From the human T2T-CHM13v2.0 reference genome, Homo sapiens: 64,000 bases of DNA. The position numbers were made by a program, and so were the translations under genes. The notes beneath the pieces are model-generated. The model had not been told where the DNA came from. It ran no database searches and saw only the letters and a program-made list of their open reading frames with translations. The DNA is taken from NCBI RefSeq assembly GCF_009914755.1, contig NC_060936.1, one strand, 5' to 3'. This document shows, piece after piece, positions 12,973 to 26,661 of this stretch (position 1 is the stretch's first letter; each line of letters opens with the position of its first letter).

Positions 12973-13706
12973 TTCAAAGGCCTTTTAAACACTTTGCTTC
13001 ACCTCTTCGCATGGTGCTTCCTCAAGTGCGGTCCTTTTGCCTTGCCACTGCTAGTTGGCTCTCCTAAAGCCTTCAATTACATCACTTTTGCAGATCACTA
13101 AAGGTCATTGGTTCTCTTCCTTGTTTTCTTAGACAAATCATCTCCCTGTATTTTTCCTATGCCGTTAGTTTTCCTTCCCACAATTCTGCCTTTCAAGTAC
13201 TTTCTCACTTTGCAAGAGCCATTCAAACGCTAACTCCTTTCCAAAACCTCTTGGATGTTTCTGCTCTCTTCCATCGGAAGCCATCTTTTTCTGATCCAAG
13301 ATATTAGAAAGTTGTGTATATCACTCTTACACATTGCAATATTATACATTTTACTAGGAATGTAGTTCTTTCTCTTCCTCATTTGTTAGGTTCTTAAAAG
13401 TAATGTCTTGGATTTCACAGTGCCTGACATAGAGCAAGTTTTTTTATTTATTCATCATTCATTTATTCAGCAAACATTAGTGATTACTTACCAAGCGTTG
13501 GAGGGTAAATAGTTAGTTACATACAGAACTGTGCATCATGAATTTTGGTATTAGTTGCAGAAATAATTCAGTCTTGTTTGATGCAAAATTCTTCTTATAT
13601 AACAGCATTGAAACCCAACCCTGTCTCTAGCTATTTAGTTAACTAATTGCCAATGTTTTGCAGATTATATTTACACAAAACAACTCCTTTTAGCAGGTTA
13701 AATATA

Positions 13707-14289
13707 CAGTTAACTCTTCAACAACATGAAGGTTAGGAGTGTTGACCTCCACAAAGTCAAAAATCCACACGTAGCTTTTGACTCCCCCAGATTCTTACTA
13801 ATAGACTGCCATTGACTCAAAGCCTTACAAATAACATTTGTGGTTGATTAGACATTTTTTGTTTGCTATATATGTTATATACTGTATTCTTATAAAAACT
13901 AGAGAAAAATATGTTATTAAGAAAATTATTTTTAAAAACTACATTTATATACATTAAGTGGAAGTGGGTCATCATAAAAGTCTTCATCCTAGGCATCTTC
14001 ATGTTGACTAGGCTGAGGAAAAGGAGGAAGAGGAGGGGCTGGTCTTGCTGTCAAATTATAATGCTGAATATTATGTTTTTTATTTTAGATAGGTTAATCC
14101 ATTTAAAAAATCATGCCCTGGAAGTGGAGAGGTATTCTAGAGATATTTGCATGGCAGAGGTGGAATAAGTGGAGGAGGTGGAAGATGAGGCAGGAGAGGC
14201 AGGCATACTTAGTGTAACTTTTATTGAAAAAATATCCTTATGTAAGTGGGCCTTCACAGCTGAAACCCGTGTTGTTCAAGGGTCAACTG
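13707..14289 (+). mobile_element. Tigger2-family (Tigger2a/2b-like) DNA transposon carrying a foreign 103-bp insert
   Basis: TIRs cagttaactcttcaacaac... and ...gttgttcaagggtcaactg; TA on the left flank. Confidence 0.9.
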
Positions 14290-14519
14290 CAGATTAGACT
14301 TGTTTTTATAAGAATATGTAGAATAATAAATACAACTTTTATAGAGTAATAAATCAGTTCAAATATAGTCTACATGCATTTTCGCATAAAATGAAAGTAT
14401 GCTCTTGAGCCACAGCCATAGTCCTAAAGGTGTCACTCTGGGTAATAATACTGAAATGTGATTATAACTCTGAACCTCACATGATCACTATAATTATTCT
14501 AAAAGGTTTTCCCTACTTT

Positions 14520-14705
14520 CTGTCTTCCACAGCACTTTCTGTGGATATGGTCTTACTTATACTGTATGGTTATTTGACTAATGTTTGATCCTTCCATTGA
14601 ACTTCAAGCTCATGAGGGCAGGAAGGTCACTATTGCTCCCTATCATGTCTTAAGAGTGTAACATTGTGCTTCTTACATAGCTGATCCCATGTATTTGTTA
14701 AAAAT
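14520..14705 (+). mobile_element. L2 3' fragment
   Basis: aagctcatgagggcagg...taacattgtgcttcttacatagctg resembles the L2 3' end. Confidence 0.55.
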
Positions 14706-15276
14706 AGGTGTAAAGAACTAAATGCTCCAAGATGGGAATAATATATGCTTTCATTATGATTTCCACAATCTCAGCTTAGATGCACTTCTATGAATGTCAG
14801 TATTCTGTTTCCAGTGTAATTAAACATTAGTGCTTACAGTTACTCGCAGAAAACAGGAAGCAACACATTTAGGATAGCTGTGTCTACAAAAAGAAAAGCC
14901 ACAGACGTTACACAAAATATTAAATGCTTAAATCAGAGCTGGTTATTAAGCACTACAGCATATAATTAATAATATTATGTAATTGGCAAGATATTTATAT
15001 TCAGAATAGAAGGCAATAGACTAATATTCTGTGAGTTTGGGGTTTTATAGAAGGTCAAATATTTATTTTGTTGACATTATTGTTTGTCAAAGTATCCTTA
15101 TTCATAGGAATAGAGAAAGCTATTGTAATAGTTTCTAAGCTAGATCATCTGCCTCCAGCTTCTCTCTATCCTCTCCACACCTTCACACACTTAATTATAC
15201 TGCAACTGGAATTTCCTCTATAGTCTAAATCTCATCATATAACTCTATTACATGGAACTTGGGTGATTATTAAATG

Positions 15277-15503
15277 TAGTGGCTCTCAATTGGGAAGCAA
15301 TTTCTGCCTCCCAGGGAACACTTGGCAGTGTCTGAAGATACTTTTGAACACTACAAATGGAGAAGGCGGCTAAGGGTATTACTTGAATCTAATAAGTAGA
15401 CACTAAGGAGACTGCTAAATATTCTACGATGCACAAGAGAGCCCTCCACAATAGAGAAGTGGAAAGCCCAAAAATGCAGTAGTGCTGAGGTTGGGAAACC
15501 CTG
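15277..15503 (+). mobile_element. MER20 hAT-Charlie MITE
   Basis: tagtggctctcaa...cccagggaacacttggcagtgtctgaaga...agtgctgaggttgggaaaccctg. Confidence 0.9.
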
Positions 15504-15554
15504 ACTGAAGGTTAAAGCCATGGTGTCGAATTTCAAAGTTGCTGATACTATGAT

Positions 15555-15790
15555 AAAGTCACTCTTGTCAGACCCAGTTAGAGTATAGCCAGGAAGTTAT
15601 GAAAAAGGGGGCTGGCTCATGCTTGTATGCCTGAGGTAAGAACTACCATAAGGAATTTCTAAAACCCACAAGAGATTCTTGCCGCTCTTAACATGCATTT
15701 CACACCTTACTTGCCTTACAGACCTTGCTTGTTCTGCACTTCCACACATATTTCTGTAAAAAGGTTTGTTGATTCACCCTTTTGTGATGC
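15555..15790 (+). mobile_element. ERV1 LTR 5' fragment, MER34/MER39-like
   Basis: ctcttgtcagaccc...gccaggaag...ctcatgcttgtatgcctga...aagaactac. Confidence 0.45.
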
Positions 15791-17687
15791 ATCAGATGCT
15801 TTATAATTTGCCACAACCTCCAACCATTTGTTACTGTCTTCATTCAGCTGTCTTCACTTGTTCATATTTCCCACCTTACCTAAAATATACCTCAAGTCTG
15901 GGCACACCCTACTTCACATCCACATAACAGCCATGCTAAATTCCTAAATTCCACTATATGCCCCTTTATGTGTCTGTGTTTTTGCATATGCTACAAAATC
16001 ACACTGGAATTCTCTATTACTGTGTTTCCCAAGCCCCATTTGCCTGATGTACTGATCTATGTCCTTTCAAATTTGCTCCTTTCATTTGTGTCTCAGGTAT
16101 GCATTTTATTTTATGCATCTTATTATATCAGAGTTTGCACAGAATTACATGTTAGTATTTATGCCTTTGCTGTCTACTTTCTTTAGGCTTTCAGGTCTTT
16201 GAAAATTATGAACATGCTATAATTAGCATCTTGTCTCACAGCACCTAAGACAGTGCCTGGGCACATATTTAATTTTTGTTGTTGTTGTTGTTGAACTCCT
16301 GAAATTAAATCCGTCTCTACTCTACCCTTTAACTTTGTAAATCAATACTACCATACATCTAATAACTTGGACTACAAGTTAAGAATACTTTACACAATTT
16401 CTCTTTCCTCAAAGGTATAGAAAGTAGAATTAATGTTGCTTTATTTTTAAATTGCAGAGACTAGATGGTATAAAAGAGAAGAATATATCTATTGCAAAAG
16501 ACTAAAGAATAGTTAATGTTATTACTACAGAAGAATACCTTTCAAAATTAATAAATTTGGGGTTGTGAAATTTGGAGTAATTGAAGATATTTCTTTGTAT
16601 TTCTCTATATACCCTAAGTTTTCTAAAGCAACTGTGTGTTGCATTAATGTCAGAAAATTAAAAAAAAAGGAAAATCATATTTTATATTTACATTTTAAAG
16701 AAAAACAATTTTGGATTAAGATCCAGTTTTTCTATTATGAAATCAGAATATAGAACTGCTGATTAAGCTTCCATTCTTTCTACAAAGAACAAATAAAAAA
16801 TCTCATAGCATGACCATAGTAATACAAACCATATACATTTTACATTTCTTCAAGTGTTTTGGAAGTACCTTTCAAAGTGTATAGCACTATATGAAAACTA
16901 CACTTTATTTTTGTTTTTGCATCAACACGATAGATTTACCATTAGCTAATTTGTTCTTCAAAATTATTAGATTTAATTTGCTAAATGAGCCTATAACAGA
17001 AGCAGGTAAGATGTTATCGAATGTCAGGTAGTATATTATGGTAGGAAGCCTTAGGCTAAATGCTATCGCAACTGCAAATATGTGTAAAGACAGAAAAATG
17101 TCCATTATGTAAGTGTGGTGACTTTCTAAGTCTCTGTCCTTTTAAGTGTTCCAACAGCAGAAGGCAAATGCAATAATATTTCTGTGGCAGGATTCAGCTA
17201 AATGTTTAGCTAAATAGCTAGCTTGTGCAAAGTGACAAAAATCTAGTCAGGAAGGAATTATAAATCAAGTACACTATTATAACGATATGTTTTATTTCTA
17301 GATTCTTACTCCATCTTTAAATGGAGGCAACTATTCCTTATAATTCCCATATTTAAATAATGCTTATTTCATTAAAAAATGCTTTGTGACATTTGCTAGG
17401 AATATAATTAAACAGCTTCTGTTGTTTATGAAGTACAATGCTAGATAAGCTGGATGAATTCACATGTTTGTATAAGACCTCTGGAGTATGGGGTTCCGAG
17501 TATATATTTCAAATGAATATAAATGATCCATGCGTGTGTGCTGCAAACTAGGACACTTCAGTATTAGACAACTGTCCAAGCAGTAAAATGAAGATTAAAA
17601 CTAACCAGAACACACACTTATACACATACATACACAACCATTCATAGAAATGGATTTAAATGGGTTATAAATAATATATTCATAATA

Positions 17688-17742
17688 TTTTGCCATTACT
17701 TTTAATGTTAAAAACTTCAATTACTTTTGCATCAACATAATA
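17688..17742. mobile_element. MADE1 MITE, partial
   Basis: ttttgccattacttttaatgttaaaaacttcaattacttttgcatcaacataa matches the MADE1 centre and right arm. Confidence 0.8.
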
Positions 17743-19814
17743 AACTTAAAAATAAAATAATTTTAATAATGGTACTGTATATAGTTAAAACTCTGCTATT
17801 GAAATAATACCTCATATTTTTTGAGAATTTCTTAATGCCCTGTGTTTGGAACATCATCTGACTCATTATAGGTACTTCATCAACATTAGAAGTGAATGAA
17901 TAAATATATCAATATATCCATAAATGAATGAAAGAATCCTGGACACTCTTGTACGTACTTTACAAGCAGTATCTTATGAAACCTAATAAACAATCCAGTA
18001 AGTGACATTTTCACCAATGCATTTGTGAGGCTGTGATATTAAGAATTATAATGTGGTGGCATCAGCATTGTAATTTAGATATTAATCATTTTTGTTTCTC
18101 TGCTTTTTTCTCTTTCATGCATATGCGTATACATTTATACCATATTAACTGTACAAAGGTGTTGAGTGGACAAAGGCATATAGCCAGGGGGCATCCACAC
18201 ACTAAGCCTGCTGGAACAGCATTTACAGGAGAAAGCTCAGAGACAAAAGCAATAACGGGTGTCCAGATTCCCCATTAAGCCTAGAGATCTAGCAGATCCA
18301 AAAGACAGATACTGGAGACAGCTCCCAAATTTGGGTTGTGTGACTTAATGAACTAGGTTTTGAAAAAGAAACAGCCTCCCTTAGGGTGATGAATGAGAAG
18401 GGGATGTTGGCTCCCAAGACTTGTAGTAATCCAAACTTGATTACCTTAAGTACCAGGCCCTGCTGGTTTCCATGGAGCAAACAGAAGGGAGCTCAACCCC
18501 TGCCTGGGAGGCCAGCTTGGAAGAATTTGCCTTAGAAAAATTAAACCTTAACTCTCAAAATGAAATGTTAATAATGATTTATATTCTTTCTTGAGCATTT
18601 ACTTTACCAATGCTAAGTGTCTGAAACACTTCCTGAACCAGCTTTTTAACTCTATAGGATTCCATTGTCTTCCGTATTAAAAGTCTGGTCCAGAAACTGA
18701 AGCAAAAGCAGGATATATTAAGTATCTTTTATCTCTACCAATAAATAAAATCAGTAGAATTCAGCAAGATTAGCAATAGAGATACAACTTCCACTTGACT
18801 GCCTGTTTGGTCTGAGTAAAATCAGGATGCTCACTAAGAGTGAAACAACTAAATCAACTGTGTTTGAGAACAGACAGTAATCTTTTATTGAGTAGCTTAA
18901 CATAATTATTACATTAGGTTCAAATTTTATCTAAAAAGCAAAAATATTTTACCCACATAACAAAATCTGCATTAAAAAGCAAACTCAAAATAATTTAAGA
19001 TGGATTTGCAAACCTCCAAGTTACACATTTTGCATGGAATTCAATTAACTAAAATAAAAAATAAATCCTAAGGAAATGTTAAGAATGTATTCTATTTAGT
19101 TGAATAATACCAAATTTATTAGAGCAGTTGTTTTCAACTTGTGTTAGCTAAGTACTTCCTAAAGGAATTTGTAAAACTATGTAATTCCCTACACACTTTT
19201 AGCTTAAAATATTTTGTAAATTTTAATACTACCAAAGGAAGTGATTTCTGCATTTGACAAATATTTAATTTTTTAAGTAAATTGGTTGTAATCCTTCTAG
19301 GAAATAAATAGAAAATGGGTGGAATGATCCTAAATACCATAGGCATTTAATTCCTATTGTAATATACATTCTTTAAATGTATGAAAAAGTTCTTTTTAAC
19401 ATCCTAACTCTTACCTAGTTACCTAGTTATTTTCTCTCGAACTCATATTTCCCATCCATTTCTCTGATAGAATGTTATTTTAAAATATGTTTTGGTACCT
19501 AAAATTATTTTAACAATCATACTTCTCTGACACAAAAACATAAATTAAAATTTGGCATTTTTCTATGACCCCAAAATGCTCAAATTTTTTTCTGGATTAA
19601 AGTATTATTACAAATAATATTGACATACTACTGACTGAAACATTATAAATAGATCATATTTTGTTGGTTAACTTAAAATTTTATCTCAGTGTGATGAAAG
19701 GTTTTTTGTTTTTTTTTCTCAATTGTTTCATATATCCATGGTTGACTCTAAATTATTCCTAGACTGAGACTGGATGCAGCATTGATTTCCATCCTATTTT
19801 TTGATGAATATTAG

Positions 19815-19972
19815 CATTGATGATGACCTTCCCATAAATAAATAGATGAGAAATGTTCCCATAAATAAATAGATGAGAAATGTTGAAAATGTTCCCATAA
19901 ATAAACAGATGAGGAATGTTGAAAATTACCATTGATAACTACCTTCCCATAAATAAGTGCATGAGAAATGTT
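19815..19972. repeat. Irregular tandem repeat: 4 copies of ttcccataaataaatagatgagaaatg (27 bp)
   Basis: Copies start at 19829, 19856, 19892 and 19944. Confidence 0.9.
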
Positions 19973-20350
19973 TATTCTGCAAATAAATTTATCATAATTC
20001 TACTCCCAAAAATTTTACAGTTATGTCACTCAACTATTTGAATTCCTTCTTAGTTGCTTGTCAGTGAACTCACAATGATCAACTGAGGAAGGTATTTTTA
20101 ATCAGCTGACAATTAGGCCTTTCTTCAAATGTATTGCATATAAAACTTGGAAACAACCACACATTAATCAGCATTGTAATCCAGTTAATGGAGCCATTTA
20201 TTTGTAACACAAATCCATATTTGCTATCATCAATTGTTTGGTGTCAAGGAGATACTATACACTGGTCCAATACACTAGGGTTAACAGTTCAAACAAGTGA
20301 GAGATGTGCATATATTTTGTAAAGAAAGAAAAAGGTGAATTTGAAAATAC

Positions 20351-20387
20351 ATATGTATATGTATATGTGTATGTATATGTATATACA
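20351..20387. repeat. (ATATGT)n microsatellite
   Basis: Seen directly. Confidence 0.85.
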
Positions 20388-20619
20388 TTTGTGGAAAATG
20401 ACAACAACTACAAGGTCTTGGCCAACATTCTCAGGCATATTAGTTTTACATAAGAGTATAGAGTTCACAAATTCCCAAATCAGATTCCTTAACACTAAGT
20501 CACTCTTGAATATATGTCAGTGCCAGAACAGGAAGACCTTTATTTTATAGCAGCTATTAGCATCACAATAAGAGACACTTCATGCTAAAATTTTTACAGT
20601 GGCAGGTGTTATTTTATTC

Positions 20620-20975
20620 AATAAGCATTTTATTGAGGTATTTCATACGTAAAGAAACATACACAAATTCAGAGTACAATTCAAAAGCTTTACAAAGTGA
20701 ATATCCGTGAGTAATTAGCAAGGATATCAAGAAACAGAAAAATATCAACATCTCAGGAGCCAACTTAAGCCTTCTTTCAGTCATGTCCTCCACCCTCACA
20801 TTCAAAGGAAACCATTATCTTTATTTCTATACAATTGATTAGTTTTGTTTTTTGCCTTTACGTGAATGGGATCTTTCTGTATATTACTTTTGGTTCTGGT
20901 TTATTTTGGTCAATGCTGTGTTTTTGAGATTCATGCATAATGTTTTTATTCATCTTGTCCATTCTTTCCCACTTT
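20620..20975 (-). mobile_element. L1ME-like 3' fragment
   Basis: ttttattgaggta...atcaagaaacag...tttttgagattcatgcat resembles a reverse old L1 3' UTR. Confidence 0.65.
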
Positions 20976-20981
20976 TTTATG

Positions 20982-21992
20982 TCATGGGTCTACAAACTAC
21001 ATCTCACAGGTTAAGTCTGGCTCACCGTCCATTTTTGCAAATAGATTTCTCATATTCCTACCCATTATTTATTTTTTATTATTTTTATTATACTTTAAGT
21101 TCTGGGATACATGTGCAGAACGTGCAGGTTTGTTACATAGGTAGGTATACATGTGCCATGATGGCTTGCTGCACACATCAACCCATCATCTACATTAGGT
21201 ATTTCTCCTAATGCTATCCCTCCCCTAGCCCCCGACCCGCTGGCAGGCTCTGGTGTGTGATGTTCCCCTCCCTGAGTCCATGTGTTCTCATTATTCAACT
21301 CCCACTTATGAGTGAGAACATGCAGTGTTTGGTTTTCTGTTCTTGTGTTAGTTTGCTGAAAATGATAGTTTCTAGCTTCATCCATGTCCCTGCAAAGGAC
21401 ATGAACTCATCGTTTTTTATGGCTGCACAGTATTCCATGGTGTATATGTGCCACATTTTCTTTATCCAGTCTATCACTGATGGACATTTGGGTTGGTTCC
21501 CAGTCTTTGCTATTGTGAACAGTGCTACAATAAACATATGTGTGCATGTGTCTTTATAGTAGCATGATTTATAATCCTTTGGGTATATACCCAGTAATGA
21601 GATTGCTGGGCCAAATGGTATTTCTAGTTCTAGATTATTGAGAAATCGCCACACTCTCTTACACAATGGTTGAACTAATTTATGCTCCCACCAACAGTGT
21701 AAAAGTGTTCCTATTTCTCCACATCCTCTTTTTCCACATCCTCTCCACTAAAAAGTTTCCTGGCTTTTTGACGATCACCATTCTATCTGGTGTGAGATGT
21801 ATCTCATTGTGATTTTGACTTGCGTTTCTCTAATGACCAGATCTGCACAGCAAAAGAAACTATCCTACTCATTATTTTTACACAATAGCTACAGCTATTT
21901 TTGTACTGCAACAGTAGAATTGTGTGACAGAGAATATATGGTACACAGGTATTTACTATCTGTACCCTAGACAGAAAACTTTGCCCACCTCT
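20982..21992 (-). mobile_element. MER58A-like MITE split by an L1PA insertion (halves ~20982-21070 and ~21863-21992)
   Basis: Left half ...caaactac...aagtctggctcaccgtccatttttgcaaat; right half gcaacagtagaattg...atttactatctg...agaaaactttgcccacctctg. Confidence 0.7.
21071..21863 (-). mobile_element. L1PA7-like 3' fragment with a short 5' inversion (~21842-21863)
   Basis: ORF 21295..21666 (-) encodes the L1 ORF2p C-terminus (...KCPSVIDWIKKMWHIYTMEYCAAIKNDEFMSFAGTWMKLETII...); TSD tcctacccattattt / tcctactcattattt. Confidence 0.95.
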
Positions 21993-22134
21993 GCTTTATA
22001 AATATTTTCTAGTATCAATACATGACAATTTATTTTTCTATTCCTGGGGTTGAAGACTATGGCCTGTTTTTGCATATGGTCTGTGAGTTACAAATGGTTT
22101 TTTCTCTATTTAAAAAAATTATTACAAAAGAGAA

Positions 22135-23385
22135 AACCCGCTTTCACCATTCCTGTTCAACATAGTACAGGAAGTCTTAGCCAGAGCAATCAGGCAAAAA
22201 AATAAATAAAAGGCATCCAAACAGAAAAAGAAGTCAAACTATCGCTTTTCACTGACAATATGCTTCTATAACTAGAAATCCCTAAAGACTCTGCCAAAAG
22301 GCTGCTGGAACTAATCAACAATTTCAGTAACGTTTTAGTATACAAAATTAATGTACAAAAATCAGCAGATGTCTATGTACCAATAAAGCTCAAGTGGACA
22401 GCCAAATCAAGAACTAGGTCCCTTCTACAATAACCACAAAAACAAACAAACAAACAAACAAACATACCCAGGAATATAACTAACAAAGGAGGTAAAATAT
22501 CTCCATAAGGAGAATTACAAAACACTGTGGTCAATCACAGATGACACAAACAAATGGAAAAAGATTCTATGCTCATGGATTGGAATAATCAATAGAGTTA
22601 AAATGGTCATACTGCACAGAACAATTTACAAGTTCAATGCAATTTATAGATTTCTATCAAACTACCAATGTCATTTTTCACAGAATCAGAAAAAAACTAT
22701 TCTAAAATTTATATGGCATCAAAAAAGTGCCCAAATTGCCAGAGCAAATCTCAAGCAAAAAGAACAAAGCCAGAAGCATCACATTACCTGATTTCAAACT
22801 ATACTATAAGACTACAGTAAACAAAATAGCATGGTACGGGTACAAAAAGAGACACATAGACCAACAGAATGGAATAGAAAACACAGAAATAAAGCCACAC
22901 ACCTGTAGTCATCTGGTCTTTGACAAAGGTGACAAAAATAAGTAATGAGGAAAGTACTCCCTAATCAGTAAATGGTGCTTGGATAGCTGGCTAGCCAATA
23001 TGCAGAAGAATTAACTTGGACCCCTACCTTTCACCATATACAAAAATTAATTCAAGATGGAGTAAAGATTTAAATACATAATCTCAAACTATAAGAATCC
23101 TAAAAGAAAACCTATAAAATATTTGGGACATTGGCCTTGGGAAATAATTTTTGATGAACACTTAAAGCAATTGCAATAAAACAAAAGCTGGCAAGTGGGA
23201 CCTAATTAAACTAAAGTGCTTTCACACGGAAGAAAAAACTACAGAGTAAACAGACAACCTGCAGAATGGGAGAAATCTCCAACAAAAGTGTAATATTCAG
23301 AATCTATAAGGAACTTAACAATGCAATAGGCAAAAAATAAATAACCTCATTAAAAAGCTGGCAAAAGACTTAAGCAGACACTTTG
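22135..23385 (+). mobile_element. L1PB/old L1PA internal ORF2 fragment (RT end and downstream), disabled
   Basis: 22230-22263 encodes EVKLSLFTDNM (degenerate FADD motif); ORF 22727.. has [11 protein letters not shown]; multiple stops. Confidence 0.92.
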
Positions 23386-24054
23386 TATATTAAAAATAAA
23401 ATTTGTAGGTCCCAGATGATATTAAATTCTCCCAAAAAAAGGCTTATTTTCTCTTCCGGGCAAATAAACTGAGAAAATTTCCCCTTAACATAATCAGAGG
23501 CCAAGCTAGCTCAAAGCTGGATTGCACTTTTGGAAAAGTATAGTCTTATTCTGACTTATTCTTCTTACTTTCATCTGAAAGCTTTAGATATCTCTTCATA
23601 ATGGTTCCTGTCTGGTATGTTTGTCACCTTAGCTCCACAAAATTGTTGTAAACTTCAGTCAGTACCAGATTTTTCCCCTCACTTTCACACAACCTCACAA
23701 ACTAGCAAATGTTTTGAGACAGAAGAAAGTCCCATGTGACAGCCAAAATCTCTGCTAGTTTCCCCATCCCTCCAGCATGATTTCTCTTTGTGAAGAAACT
23801 AATTCTCACCTTCTTGTTTGTGTCCATAAATAGAAAATGACATCAGGGAGAAAGCAGCTACTATCATCAGCTTACCCTCTTTCTGATTCTCTCCTCTGTG
23901 GAATACTAACCACTTCAGTTTCATTGCTTCTGCAGCTCTCTGATACATTTATCAGATAACTTTATAAATTAGCTCTTTCTAGTTATTGTCCCTTGGAGCA
24001 TTTGTCCACTCAAAGAAGTATTCCATTCCATGCAAAAATAGAAGTCTGTCATAA

Positions 24055-24444
<390 letters not shown>

Positions 24445-25161
24445 GCAAGTTTTTAAAATAAGGCAGATTTATTATATATTCTGCTATGGAAACTTTACCA
24501 AGTTATGTTGAGACACTAGCCTTATTTTTATGTTATGCTTTTTTGAGTTATTTAAATTAAAAAAAATATATAAAAAGTATAATTTTTTAATTTAAAAAAT
24601 CCTGCCAATAGAGTTCCCTGACTGTACAAATCTAAAAATTAAACTTCTAGTTGCAGGATTGAAAATAAAGGAAACAAATGTTTACCTTCTAAAATTCTAT
24701 CTTTATAAATGTGCATTAACAAACAAGCATTGATGAGAGTATTCCATAACTGGAAAATATGGATGTTATTAGATTTTATTCTAGTTTGATTCTATTATTT
24801 GGGTGATACTGGAAAGTCTCTGACTCCTCAGTTTCTTAAGATCCAATCTAGAAATTGATAACACTAATAATATAATTCATTTCCAGAATTCTCTTATCCA
24901 TTAATAGAAACATTATTTGATACCCTGACAATTAAGTGAAATAAACAGATCAGTATCTTAGATTATACATCCTCCATTGAGGAGGAGATATATATATATA
25001 TACACAAACATACACACACTAAGTAATAATATAATTTATATAATTATATTTATATATAATTCATATATATTGAATATTATAAATTTAATATGAGATACAT
25101 ATTCATAATAAATATATATATTAATTTTTAAGGTTAAATTGATACCTTCAGGTTAACTTGC

Positions 25162-25164
<3 letters not shown>

Positions 25165-25200
<36 letters not shown>
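25165..25200. repeat. (TG)18 microsatellite
   Basis: Counted directly. Confidence 0.97.
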
Positions 25201-25201
<1 letters not shown>

Positions 25202-25440
25202 TGTTTCATTTAAGCCAAGTACAAAGTATATTCTAAATCATTACATTTATTTGATGATTACAAAAGAATTCTCTGGGTCACAGTAGCTCTTTCTCTTTTG
25301 GCTATATTCCATTCTGAAAGCTCATAACCTTGGCCATTACAGATGTTTTAAATTTTAAATAGCATTTATTAGAGTATTTTTTTCAGTTTTAGAATTTATA
25401 CTTCTATAAGGCACCTTTCCAACTGTAGAGATTTGGGGAT

Positions 25441-25571
25441 TCTTGTTTGCTTGTATTTAAAAACAAGATCCTACTATGTTGCCCTGGCTGGCCTCAAACT
25501 TCTGGACTCAAACAATCCTCCCACCTCAGCCTTCCCAGTAGCTGAGACTACAGGCACAGCCACTATCCCTG
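25441..25571 (-). mobile_element. FLAM Alu monomer
   Basis: actatgttgccctggctggcctcaaacttctggactcaaacaatcctcccacctcagcc... Confidence 0.85.
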
Positions 25572-25889
25572 TTGTGACTATAGAGTTTTGATTATTCAAT
25601 TTGATACAAATATTTTCTTTTCATAAGGTGTCAAATTTAAATTAATGCATGGGCCATTTTATTGCTAACGCATAAAAAGCTAAGAAGTTAGCAATATCTA
25701 AATGTTATAGCTATTTAATTAAAATAATTTCCAGTGTAATATTTTTGTATTTAGAATGTCTGTGTGAAAATTAGTAGTCTTATTCTACTGGATTCAATAT
25801 ATATTAGAAGTGCACATGCCCTATTATATTTAGCACTATACTAATTTAAGTAAAAGCCACAATATTTTAGAATTCAGGTGTAAAGCCAC

Positions 25890-26352
25890 TGTATCTGACT
25901 GTGGATGCCCTGCCCAGATTACCTGAATGCCTTTAACACTTTCTGTGGGCCCTTCCGCCAGCTTTTGTGTCTTTACTTTTAAGAGCTTACATTTGCAACT
26001 CTCTTTGGAGTGTTTCCCTTGGCCTACTGAGGCACATTTGCCTGCCCAGACATGCAAACAACAGGAAGTGCTGGGAGTTTCACCAAGTACTCCTTGAGGT
26101 CTGATTGTTCCACCCTTAGCCAATGACTGACTAGTGTAGAAGTATGAAATTCCAAGTCTTGTGATTTCAGACATGACAAGCTCTGAGGCATTATTTATAC
26201 TCCAGAGATGCCCTGCAGCATCAGGCCCAGGCTGAGACTTTCCTTAAAATCTCACCACTTCTTGGCTTCCTTCCCGTCGCTTTACTGCTTCTCCTACTCT
26301 TTTGTGGGGTTAAACTGTAAGCATTCTTTTAAATGAATCACTTGTACACATG
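25890..26352 (+). mobile_element. LTR16-family ERVL solo LTR
   Basis: cccttagccaatgactgac...gctctgaggcattatttatactccagag...aatgaatcacttg. Confidence 0.75.
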
Positions 26353-26661
26353 ATTTAAAACAGCCATTTCATGACTGGGCAGCAACTTAGCATAGTGATA
26401 ATGAGGAAAGATAAGGTACTATCACCCTCTTCTTGATCCTAACCTCCCTTCCAAGAGAAATAATCATTGTATAAGTTTAAAGTCACTGGGATAATTCTCT
26501 TTTCCAGTAGCTATGCTTCTGAAGGTTTATACTACAGAAATATTGACTTTCCTTATGCAAAACAAGCAGAAGTTCTGCCTACCCTGCGTTCATCCTCCCT
26601 CAGCCTTAAAATGAGGCATTCAGATAGCCATGCAGACATTGTTACTCTTATTAGAATTTTT

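Noticed and set aside
19829-19972. 27-bp repeats with variable spacers, superficially CRISPR-like
   Set aside because: Eukaryotic DNA; spacers are 0-25 bp and derived from the flanks; no cas genes
21295-21666. 123-aa ORF with clear protein similarity
   Set aside because: It is the L1 ORF2p C-terminus in a 5'-truncated L1, not a host gene
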